32,000 bases of DNA, from the NCBI RefSeq assembly GCF_900103715.1, contig NZ_FNHL01000001.1, forward strand, positions 445,295-477,294, read 5' to 3'. Positions within the stretch are counted from its first letter, which is position 1. Each line of letters starts with the position of its first letter. The translations under genes and the position numbers were made by a program. The stretch is from Halogranum gelatinilyticum. GTDB taxonomy: Archaea > Halobacteriota > Halobacteria > Halobacteriales > Haloferacaceae. The notes under the pieces were generated by a model. That model saw only the letters and a program-made list of their open reading frames with translations, searched no databases and was not told the origin of the DNA. Of the stretch, positions 23,391-30,723 are shown piece by piece.

Positions 23391-23732
23391 ATGAATCTGC
23401 GCCGACTGTTCACGTTCGCTGTCGTGGCAACCCTCCTGTTCGCCAGTCTCGGTGGCGTCGGAGTCGTCGCCGCCCACGAGAACGACAACCCGGACCACCC
23501 GGCCTGTGAGGGCGACAAGTACAAAATCAGTTCCGAAGGCTCGAACAAGGCCGGTGACAAGACCAGTTCGAAGTGGTGGGTCAAACCGCCATGCACCGAC
23601 GAGCCGAGACATCTGCACAACCACATCCCGGACCTCAAGATCAGTATTCCAGAGAGTGCAGACAAGGGGTACAACTGTGTCGGCCGCATCAACGCGCCGC
23701 ACTTCGTGGACAACGACCCTGAGTGCAGATAA
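23391..23732 (+). CDS. Small secreted hypothetical protein with four cysteines
   Basis: 113-aa ORF. It has a signal peptide with an RR motif (MNLRRLFTFAVVATLLFASLGGVGVVAA). The mature part is Lys/His/Pro-rich with 4 Cys, which is atypical (non-acidic) for a haloarchaeon. G+C is lower. Confidence 0.55.
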   Translation: MNLRRLFTFAVVATLLFASLGGVGVVAAHENDNPDHPACEGDKYKISSEGSNKAGDKTSSKWWVKPPCTDEPRHLHNHIPDLKISIPESADKGYNCVGRINAPHFVDNDPECR

Positions 23733-23828
23733 TCCCGACAGCGACTCATCTGCCAGTACCCCGGCCCCCGTCCCGGTACGGAACCAGCGGTGAACCACCC
23801 TCTGAATATCCGGTTTTTAGGTGAATTA

Positions 23829-23908
23829 CGACGCAAGACGACGCGAGACGACACAACGACACGAGACGACGCGAGACGACACAACGACACGAGACGATAC
23901 GACACGAG
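23829..23908. repeat. 28-bp tandem repeat, about 2.8 units
   Basis: ACGACGCGAGACGACACAACGACACGAG occurs at 23838-23865 and 23866-23893, with partial units on both sides. It lies between convergent genes, and the period is not a multiple of 3. Confidence 0.9.
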
Positions 23909-23984
23909 TACGCACCGTCGTGCTGGTGGCCGAACGCCAGTCGATTCGATTTCGAGAAAATCCAGGGACTGAGTAGTCGACTGC

Positions 23985-24809
23985 TTACGCCGTCGCTTCG
24001 TCCAGCCAGTCGGGGTCGTCGACGGTCGTCGAGCCGACGGCCGTCAGCGAGTATTCCCACGACCCCTGCACTTCGGTGCCGTCGTCCATCCGTCCGGCGA
24101 ACGACCACGATTCGTAGCGCGAGAGTCCGTCCTCGTCGACGAGGACGGCGTACTCGAAGTTCGTCACGTCCAGTTCGCCGGGCGAGTTCGGGGCAGCGGC
24201 CGACCCGGCCAGGATCAACGCCTCGTTCGCGGCCGACAATTCGTACCGGTCGACGGAGGTGCCGTCGAAGGTTTCGCTTCCGACGAAGGTCAGATCGTCG
24301 TCGGCTCCGTACGCACGGGCCTGTGAGAACGCGATGGCCGTGGCGAGCACCCCGACCGACCCCTCGTACGAGGTGTACGACGCCGACTCGTCGGTGCCCG
24401 ACCGGATGTACGTGACGCCGTCGGCGACGAACTGCTCGACGGTGCCGCCGTCCGGTTGGCCGTCGGTCGTCGACGTGATGCGGCTGTAGGACCGCTCGGC
24501 ATCCAAGTCGGCGTAGAAGGTCTGCGTGACCTGCGTCTCGACGCCGTCCGCGTCGACGCCGGTGTAGGACCACGTGACGGTGAAACTGCCTGCCTCCCGG
24601 AGCAACGCCTCGGGGTCGTTCAACTCGAACTCGTCGTCGGTGCTCGCGGCACTCCCTCCGCCACCCGCAGCCGAGCCACCGCTCGCACCGTCTCCGTCGG
24701 CTGTGGTGCCCTCGCTCTCGGCTTCCGGGGCGACGTCTCCGCCACCGGCACAGCCAGCGAGGAGGACGAGACTCACCACGAACAGGGTCAGGAAACGGTT
24801 GGAATACAC
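23985..24809 (-). CDS. Hypothetical lipoprotein
   Basis: 274-aa ORF with a signal and lipobox (MYSNRFLTLFVVSLVLLAGC), a Gly/Asp/Ser linker and then an acidic beta-rich domain. Confidence 0.7.
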   Translation of the reverse strand: MYSNRFLTLFVVSLVLLAGCAGGGDVAPEAESEGTTADGDGASGGSAAGGGGSAASTDDEFELNDPEALLREAGSFTVTWSYTGVDADGVETQVTQTFYADLDAERSYSRITSTTDGQPDGGTVEQFVADGVTYIRSGTDESASYTSYEGSVGVLATAIAFSQARAYGADDDLTFVGSETFDGTSVDRYELSAANEALILAGSAAAPNSPGELDVTNFEYAVLVDEDGLSRYESWSFAGRMDDGTEVQGSWEYSLTAVGSTTVDDPDWLDEATA

Positions 24810-24886
24810 GACAGTCGTACGACGAGGAGAGGCTTAAGTGAGCGCGTCGAACCGGCTCCGGTCCGGACGGCCGGAGTCGCCGACGA

Positions 24887-25255
24887 CTACAGGCAGTGCT
24901 CGTGGACGGTGCGGTTCTCGGCGTTCGGACGCCGGGACTGCCCGACGACGATGGGTTCACTACAGGCCGCACAGCTCGTCTCTCCGGCGGTCGCCGCGCG
25001 GGCGTCAGCCGTCGGCTGGCTCGTCTCTGTCGTCTCCGACTCATCCGGCTCACCTGCTTCGGTCGGCTCAGTCGTTTCACTCGCCTCTGTTGAGGTGGCC
25101 ACTGCACCGTAGCCGACGCCGACCGCACCGACGGCGGCGACCGTGCCGACGAGTCGCCGCCCCGTCCGGAACGAGGCGAGGGCGACGAGCGCGAGTGTGG
25201 CAGCGGCGACGAGGCGGGCGAGTCGGTCGGGCTTGTCGACAGTATCAGACTCCAT
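24887..25255 (-). CDS. Hypothetical membrane protein with a C-terminal CxxC...HxxC motif
   Basis: The 336-aa track ORF is trimmed to the ATG at 25255 (MESDTVDKPDRLARLVAAATLALVALASF...), because its upstream part overlaps the plus-strand gene at 25454-25879. There are two TM segments, an acidic Thr/Glu linker, and then SCAACSEP...HEHC. Confidence 0.5.
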   Translation of the reverse strand: MESDTVDKPDRLARLVAAATLALVALASFRTGRRLVGTVAAVGAVGVGYGAVATSTEASETTEPTEAGEPDESETTETSQPTADARAATAGETSCAACSEPIVVGQSRRPNAENRTVHEHCL

Positions 25256-25301
25256 GAGGGAAGATAGTTCTCTACAGGCTTGTAGTTCCCTACCCATTCG
25301 G

Positions 25302-25391
25302 CTCGTCGCGTCCGTCGCGTCCGTCGCGCCCGTCGCGTCCGTCGCGCCCGTCGCATTCATCGCGCCTGTCGCGCTCGTCACACCTGTCGTG
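25302..25391. repeat. 9-bp tandem repeat (YCCGTCGCG), 10 units
   Basis: The units are ctcgtcgcg, tccgtcgcg, tccgtcgcg, cccgtcgcg, tccgtcgcg, cccgtcgca, ttcatcgcg, cctgtcgcg, ctcgtcaca and cctgtcgtg. The array lies between divergent genes. Confidence 0.9.
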
Positions 25392-25453
25392 TTTTTCCCA
25401 CCCCGCCTCGCCAGCACCAACGCTCTTGACGTCACGGTCCGACTGCATACGGG

Positions 25454-25879
25454 ATGACCGATACCGACGGCACACTCGCCACCCTCAAAGGCCCGCTGTG
25501 TTATCTGATGGGACTCGTCTACGTCGTCGCTGGCGTGGCGCACTTCCTTGCGCCGACGCTGTTCGAACGGATCGTCCCCCCGCAACTCCCGCGGCCACGC
25601 GAACTCGTCTATCTCTCCGGAATTGCCGAGATCGTCCTCGGTGTCGGCGTGTGGTTCCGGCGGACACGTCGGCCGTCCGCATGGGGACTGATCGCCCTGC
25701 TTCTGGCCGTCTTTCCGGCGAACGTCTACATGGCGGTCGGTGAACCCGGAGCGGGCAGGCTCCCGAAAGCGGTCGACGACATCCCCGACGTGGCACTGTG
25801 GGCGCGGCTCCCGCTGCAGGCGGTCTTGATCCTCTGGGCGTGGTGGTACACGCAGCCAGCGGGTGACGAAATAGAGTGA
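25454..25879 (+). CDS. DoxX-like family membrane protein
   Basis: 141-aa ORF with 4 TM segments. The pattern GVAHFLAPTLFERIVPPQLP...YLSGIAEIVLGVGV...LLLAVFPANVYMA fits DoxX-like/COG4270 proteins. Confidence 0.7.
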   Translation: MTDTDGTLATLKGPLCYLMGLVYVVAGVAHFLAPTLFERIVPPQLPRPRELVYLSGIAEIVLGVGVWFRRTRRPSAWGLIALLLAVFPANVYMAVGEPGAGRLPKAVDDIPDVALWARLPLQAVLILWAWWYTQPAGDEIE

Positions 25880-25909
25880 CTGTGCTGGGAGTCGCAAGCG
25901 GCGTCGCCG

Positions 25910-26665
25910 CTACAGCCCCTCGCAGACCTGTTCAGCACTGACGACTTCGGGAACGATGACCTCGTCGGCACCGACACGCTTGGCGACCGCTTCGTCCATC
26001 TGGTCGCCCGCGCGGACGACGACGTGGAGCGTCGGTGCGAGTTGGCTCGCGGTGACGGCGATTTTCACGTTCGCGTTCGTGTCGTCGATGGCTCCGACGA
26101 CCGTGGCCGCGCGGTCGATACCCGCTTCCGTGAGCGTCTCTTCGCGTCGCGCGTCGCCCTGGACCGCGAGCAGTCCGTCCTCGGTCGCCCGCTGGTACTG
26201 GGTGTCGCCGTGTTCGATGACGACCACCGGTGTCTCGGTCCGTCGGAGCCGTGCCGCGATCGTCTTGCCGAACGTCCCGTAGCCACAGACGACCACGTGG
26301 TCCTCCTGTTCGTCGATCTGTCGTTTCGTCTGCATTCGAGTGACTTCTTCCATGAGTTTTCCGCCGAACATCGCCGAGAACACCGTCTCGCCGGTCCAGA
26401 GTCCCGCGACGACGAGGCCGGACAATACCACGATGGCGTAGGCCTTGACGAGCCGTGCTGGCCCGGCGTGCTCCTGAAAGTGGAGTTCGATACTCGTCGG
26501 ATCGAGGAGCCAAAACAACGCGTCGACGACGCCGACGCCGCCGAGCAGGCTGAACCCGGCGACGCCAGCGACGACGACGCTGCCGAACGCGAGCAACGGC
26601 CGCAAGAGCCGCCGTAGCAACGATCCGCGTTCGGCCGCGCCGACCAGTCCACTCGACTGGCTCAT
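25910..26665 (-). CDS. TrkA-N (RCK) domain protein with an N-terminal two-TM segment (potassium-channel related)
   Basis: 251-aa ORF. A hydrophobic N-terminus is followed by the Rossmann motif VVVCGYGTFGKTIAARL and an RCK-like fold. Confidence 0.75.
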   Translation of the reverse strand: MSQSSGLVGAAERGSLLRRLLRPLLAFGSVVVAGVAGFSLLGGVGVVDALFWLLDPTSIELHFQEHAGPARLVKAYAIVVLSGLVVAGLWTGETVFSAMFGGKLMEEVTRMQTKRQIDEQEDHVVVCGYGTFGKTIAARLRRTETPVVVIEHGDTQYQRATEDGLLAVQGDARREETLTEAGIDRAATVVGAIDDTNANVKIAVTASQLAPTLHVVVRAGDQMDEAVAKRVGADEVIVPEVVSAEQVCEGL

Positions 26666-26684
26666 CGTCGCACCCCGCGAGTCT

Positions 26685-26759
26685 GTGCCGAACGGAAGCG
26701 TGCCGACCGAAACCGTGCCGAGCAGGAGCGTACCGACCGAAACCGTGCCGAACGGAGCA
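26685..26759. repeat. 15-bp tandem repeat, 5 units (30-bp super-period)
   Basis: The units are gtgccgaacggaagc, gtgccgaccgaaacc, gtgccgagcaggagc, gtaccgaccgaaacc and gtgccgaacggagca. The array starts 20 bp upstream of the TrkA-N gene start. Confidence 0.9.
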
Positions 26760-26983
26760 GTCCTCGGACAGCACGGGACAGGCGTTCGGCGATGTATCTG
26801 TTGTTGTTCATCTGTCTGTAGAATCTTGGAAAGACTATCCGTCTGGTTTGTTTAGTCTGGCATATGGTAACACACTACCACCGAATATATGCTTTCTTAC
26901 CTCCTGTTCAATCGTGACACAGCGGCGGCTGTCGGCCGTCGACTGGCCGAGCCAGCCGGTCGGTTGGGCGGTTCGGCTGTGTG

Positions 26984-27439
26984 CTACGGCGCGTCGTGGC
27001 TCCGTTGGCCCGTCATCTCGTCGACGACGAGCCGCCAGCCGAGGATGTCCTGCATCGGCTGGGTCTCCGAGAAGAGACTCGGGAACCACGCGTTCTCCTC
27101 GATGGCGTCGCGGAGCGCGGGCCAGTCGTCGTCGCCGACGGGTTCCAGACGGCCGGTGACGACGACGCTCTGCCAGTCGTGTTTGTCGCCGACGTCGTAG
27201 ACGAGGAAGCTGGCCGTGTCGGTCTCGCGGACGAACTCCTCTTTCTTACTGCGTGCGCCCGGCCGGAGGAGGACGAAGTAGAGCTGCGTGCCGTCGTAGC
27301 CGAACGAGATGGGGATGCCGTAGGCCTCCCCGTCGCGGGCGAGCGAGAGCACGCCGAACCCCTGACTCCGAAGGAACGCGTCGACCTCGTCGGTATCCAT
27401 CTCGATGCCCTGAATCCCCGCGAAGCTGTCTGCTTCCAT
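26984..27439 (-). CDS. Pyridoxamine 5'-phosphate oxidase family (FMN-binding split-barrel) protein
   Basis: 151-aa ORF. MDTDEVDAFLRSQGFGVLSLARDGEAYGIPISFGYDGTQLYF is the typical PPOX-family N-terminus. Confidence 0.75.
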   Translation of the reverse strand: MEADSFAGIQGIEMDTDEVDAFLRSQGFGVLSLARDGEAYGIPISFGYDGTQLYFVLLRPGARSKKEEFVRETDTASFLVYDVGDKHDWQSVVVTGRLEPVGDDDWPALRDAIEENAWFPSLFSETQPMQDILGWRLVVDEMTGQRSHDAP

Positions 27440-27560
27440 AGCTGATAGTACGCGGGGAGAGAAGATAAATTGCGCAACGCTACCACACCACTTGCGACCC
27501 CATCCCGTCGACGGGGCGCGCGGTTTTTACGACTCCGCACCCAACCGCCAGACAGCACCG

Positions 27561-28397
27561 ATGCATACGACGACCCTCCACCGGCCGACACACCGCGAGA
27601 CGCTCTGGGAGCTGGAGGCGGCCATCGAGCGCGGCGACCTCATCACGGTGTTCGGCCGGTGTACCGTCGACTACGACGGGCGGGCGACGAGCACCCTCGG
27701 CCCGGGCAACCGCCTCGTCATCCTCAAGCCCGACGGGTCGACGCTGGTCCACACCGACGAGAAGCGGACGCCCGTCAACTGGCAGCCGCCGGGCTGTGAG
27801 CACCACGCGAGCGTCCGCGACGGCCGCCTCCGCGTGCGCGGGACACGAACCACGCCCGACGAGACGCTGGACATCCACTTCGAGCAGGTCCACCAGTTCT
27901 CCGCGCTGGACGTGACCGGCGGCCGCGACCTCGACCTCTACGGCAGCGAAGAGGATCTCCGCGAGCACATCCTCGACGACCCCTCGCTCGTCGAGTCGGG
28001 CTTCACGCCGCTGGAGACCGAACGCGAGAGCACGGCCGGGCCGATGGACATCTACGGCGAGGACGCCGAGGGGGTCCCGATGGTCGTCGAGTTGAAACGT
28101 CGCCGGGTCGGCCCGTCGGCGGCGAGTCAGCTCCAACGGTACGTCGAGGCATTGCACCGGGAGTTCGGGGACAGTGTGGCAGTCCGCGGGGTGTTGGTCG
28201 CGCCGTCGGTCACGGACCGCGCGGCCGACCTCCTGAAGGAGAACGGCCTGGAGTTCGTCGCGCTCGACCCCGCGACGGGTGAGCCGCCCGAGGCGACCGA
28301 AGCGAGCGAGGAAGTCGAGCCGCCCGAGGCATCCGAGGACGCCGACGGTGACGAGCCAAAAGAAGCCGATAGCGAGACCGACGGCTCGGACGGCTAA
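27561..28397 (+). CDS. nucS: Endonuclease NucS (EndoMS)
   Basis: The ORF is trimmed to the ATG at 27561 (MHTTTLHRPT...). The N-terminal half-barrel region is LVILKPDGSTLVH. The RecB-like C-terminal nuclease region is GPMDIYGEDAEGVPMVVELKRRR...QLQRYV. The C-terminal tail is acidic. Confidence 0.85.
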   Translation: MHTTTLHRPTHRETLWELEAAIERGDLITVFGRCTVDYDGRATSTLGPGNRLVILKPDGSTLVHTDEKRTPVNWQPPGCEHHASVRDGRLRVRGTRTTPDETLDIHFEQVHQFSALDVTGGRDLDLYGSEEDLREHILDDPSLVESGFTPLETERESTAGPMDIYGEDAEGVPMVVELKRRRVGPSAASQLQRYVEALHREFGDSVAVRGVLVAPSVTDRAADLLKENGLEFVALDPATGEPPEATEASEEVEPPEASEDADGDEPKEADSETDGSDG

Positions 28398-29056
28398 TTC
28401 TTCTCGGCCAACCGTGCGAAGTTCGCGAACGTCCGCTCGACGGAGACGCCGGAGAAGTCCTCGGCCCCCTGCCAGCCGAAGTCGCGAGCGATGTTTGGCA
28501 GGAGACGGTCGGTGAACTCGGGATGGTACTGGACGGTCCAGAGCGGCGCGTCCTCGTGGCGACTCGCGAGGTTGGGGTAGTAGTCGGCCTCAGCGATGGA
28601 CTCCATCCCGTCGCCGAGGGCCGTGACGTGGTCGCCGTGGACCATCGGTATCCGCGACCCGACGCCCGCAAACAGCGGGTCGTCGGCCAGGTCGACGTCG
28701 ACGAGTTCCGCCGTCAGCCCGCGGTGTTCGACCGAGCCGCCGAGCGCGTCGTTGACGAGTTGGTGGCCGAAACAGACACCGAGCGTGGGGATCTCGTGGG
28801 CGACGAGGTCGCGGACCAGTGTTCGAAGCTCGTCCATCCACGGATAGTCCGCGGACTCGTAGACGCCTGCGGTCGATCCGCTGAGAATCACGCCGTCGAC
28901 ATCGCTGTCTCCCCCACCGTCGCCGACGACCCCCTCGATGTCCGGCACGTCACCGTGGGCCACGTCGTGGACGCGGTGCTGGGGCAGGTAGCGGACGATT
29001 TCGGGGACGAAGTACCGCTTGTCGCGGTCGACCTCGTTTTCCAGCACGAGCAGCAT
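28394..29056 (-). CDS. Class I glutamine amidotransferase-like protein
   Basis: 220-aa ORF with the nucleophile elbow GVCFGHQL and a downstream YHPE motif. Its stop codon overlaps the nucS stop on the other strand. Confidence 0.8.
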   Translation of the reverse strand: MLLVLENEVDRDKRYFVPEIVRYLPQHRVHDVAHGDVPDIEGVVGDGGGDSDVDGVILSGSTAGVYESADYPWMDELRTLVRDLVAHEIPTLGVCFGHQLVNDALGGSVEHRGLTAELVDVDLADDPLFAGVGSRIPMVHGDHVTALGDGMESIAEADYYPNLASRHEDAPLWTVQYHPEFTDRLLPNIARDFGWQGAEDFSGVSVERTFANFARLAEKN

Positions 29057-29218
29057 CGGTCGGCTTTGGTGGTCGGGAGTGATAAACGCGGCTGCGACGG
29101 TGCGGAGCGGGTCACCGGAGTGACACGCTCGTCGCTGCCGCCGAGCCGACGGGGCGAATCGGCGCGAAACACGGGTGAGAGGGCGTCACAGGGCACGACG
29201 GCGGGGACTGTATCGAAG

Positions 29219-29226
29219 GCTTTATT
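29219..29226 (+). promoter_or_regulatory. Candidate BRE/TATA for rpl10e
   Basis: CGAAGGCTTTATTCA, with the TTTATT box about 35 nt upstream of the ATG at 29259. Confidence 0.4.
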
Positions 29227-29258
29227 CACGGAGTCGGCGTTTTCCCGAACAAGTAACC

Positions 29259-29789
29259 ATGTCAGACAAACCTGCCTCCATGTACCGGCAGTTCGACAAC
29301 CGTCCGTACACGCGACGGGAGTACATCACGGGCATTCCCGGCTCGAAGATCGCCCAGCACAACATGGGTAACCTGCAGACGGGTCCCGAGGACTACCCGG
29401 TGCAGATCAGCCTGCGCGTCGAGGAAGAAGCGCAGATCCGCCACGGCTCGCTCGAATCGGCACGTCTGTCGGCCAACCGCCTGCTCCTGAAGCACGTCGG
29501 CCAGCCGAACTACAAGATGGTGCTCCGCAAGTTCCCCCACCACGTCCTGCGTGAGAACAAGCAGGCAACCGGTGCGGGTGCGGACCGTGTCTCCGACGGG
29601 ATGCGTCAGGCCTTCGGGAAGCCGGTCGGCACGGCCGCCCGTGTCAACCGCAACGACGCCGTCTTCACGGCCTACTGTAACGTCGAGGACGCCGAAGTCG
29701 TCAAGGACGCCTTCCGCCGCGCCTACAACAAGATGACGCCGCCGTGTCGCATCGTCGTCGAGAAGGGCGAAGAGCTGCTCGTCCGGTAG
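29259..29789 (+). CDS. rpl10e: 50S ribosomal protein L10e (uL16)
   Basis: The ORF is trimmed to the ATG at 29259. [31 protein letters not shown]... is the conserved uL16/L10e N-terminus. Length is 176 aa. Confidence 0.9.
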   Translation: MSDKPASMYRQFDNRPYTRREYITGIPGSKIAQHNMGNLQTGPEDYPVQISLRVEEEAQIRHGSLESARLSANRLLLKHVGQPNYKMVLRKFPHHVLRENKQATGAGADRVSDGMRQAFGKPVGTAARVNRNDAVFTAYCNVEDAEVVKDAFRRAYNKMTPPCRIVVEKGEELLVR

Positions 29790-29832
29790 ACGAACCCCTC
29801 GCGTTTTTCACTCTCCACTCCTCTCGTAGCGT

Positions 29833-30723
29833 ATGCTACGCCTCGCGGTTACCACCCGCGCGGAGACGTTCGAGCGGATGGCCGACCCGCTCGCCGACCG
29901 TGACATCGACGTCGTCCACGTCCAGGCCAAAGAGCGAACGCTGTCGCTGACGGGCGACCCCGACCTCCCTGACGTCGACGTCGGCTTCGTCTACCCCTCC
30001 CGACTGATGGAAGGTGGCGTCGTCGACACGCTGCTCGACGTCCCGTGGGTGAACGACCGCGAGGCGATTCTCACTTCCCGCAACAAGGCGGGCGTTCTCG
30101 CCGCTCTGTCGCAGGCCGGGATTCCTGTCCCCGAGACGACGCTGGTCTCGAACCCCGTCGACGAGTCGGAACTGGTCGACGCCGTCGGGCAGTTAACCGA
30201 GCCTGGCGGTCTCGGTGCCGACACCCCTGTCGTCGTCAAACCCAACTCGACGACTCGGGGAACGGGCATCGCGAAGGCGACGGACCTCGACTCGCTTCTC
30301 GGCACTGTCGACTACCTCAACCTCGTCCACGACTACCGGGCGACGGGCGACCGCGCGTATCTCTTACAGGAGTATCTCCCCGACGCTCGCGACTACCGGG
30401 CGATGGTCGTCGACGGCGAGTTCGTCGGCGCGGTCGAACGCCGGTTGCCCGAGAACGCCGTCGCCGAAGGCCGGTGGAAGCACAACGTCCACCGCGGCGC
30501 GGAGGCCGTCGGCGTCGACCTGCCCGACGAGCACCGACGACTCGCCGAGCGCGCGGCGGAAGTCCTCGACATCCCGTATCTCGGTGTCGACCTCCTGGAG
30601 ACCGAAGAGAGGCTGGTGGTCAACGAGACGAACGCCCGGCCGACCATCGACGCGGCGACGAAGTACGAACCCGGCTTCTACGACAAACTGGCCGCGATGG
30701 TTCGGCGGCGGACGGGCGAGTGA
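29833..30723 (+). CDS. RimK-type ATP-grasp ligase (alpha-L-glutamate ligase family)
   Basis: 296-aa ORF with ATP-grasp motifs (SRNKAGV, VVVKPNSTTRGTGI, LLQEYLP, DYRAMVVDG, GVDLLE...VVNETNARP). Confidence 0.8.
   Translation: MLRLAVTTRAETFERMADPLADRDIDVVHVQAKERTLSLTGDPDLPDVDVGFVYPSRLMEGGVVDTLLDVPWVNDREAILTSRNKAGVLAALSQAGIPVPETTLVSNPVDESELVDAVGQLTEPGGLGADTPVVVKPNSTTRGTGIAKATDLDSLLGTVDYLNLVHDYRATGDRAYLLQEYLPDARDYRAMVVDGEFVGAVERRLPENAVAEGRWKHNVHRGAEAVGVDLPDEHRRLAERAAEVLDIPYLGVDLLETEERLVVNETNARPTIDAATKYEPGFYDKLAAMVRRRTGE

Noticed and set aside
23958-23968. AAATCCAGGGA as the attR counterpart of the tRNA-Phe 3' end
   Set aside because: The match is only 10 of 11 positions, with a gap, in G+C-rich DNA, so it could easily be chance. 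I mention it only as a place to look when defining the islet boundary.
25256-25897. Upstream 214 codons of the 336-aa ORF 24887-25897
   Set aside because: It overlaps the convincing plus-strand DoxX-like gene (25454-25879) and then the 9-bp repeat array, so I trimmed it to the Met at 25255. A start at the Met just upstream of the repeat cannot be fully excluded; this is noted in the findings.
28394-28397. Overlap of the nucS and GATase stop codons as a regulatory feature
   Set aside because: Convergent genes sharing a few terminal nucleotides are common in compact archaeal genomes, and nothing else here is unusual.
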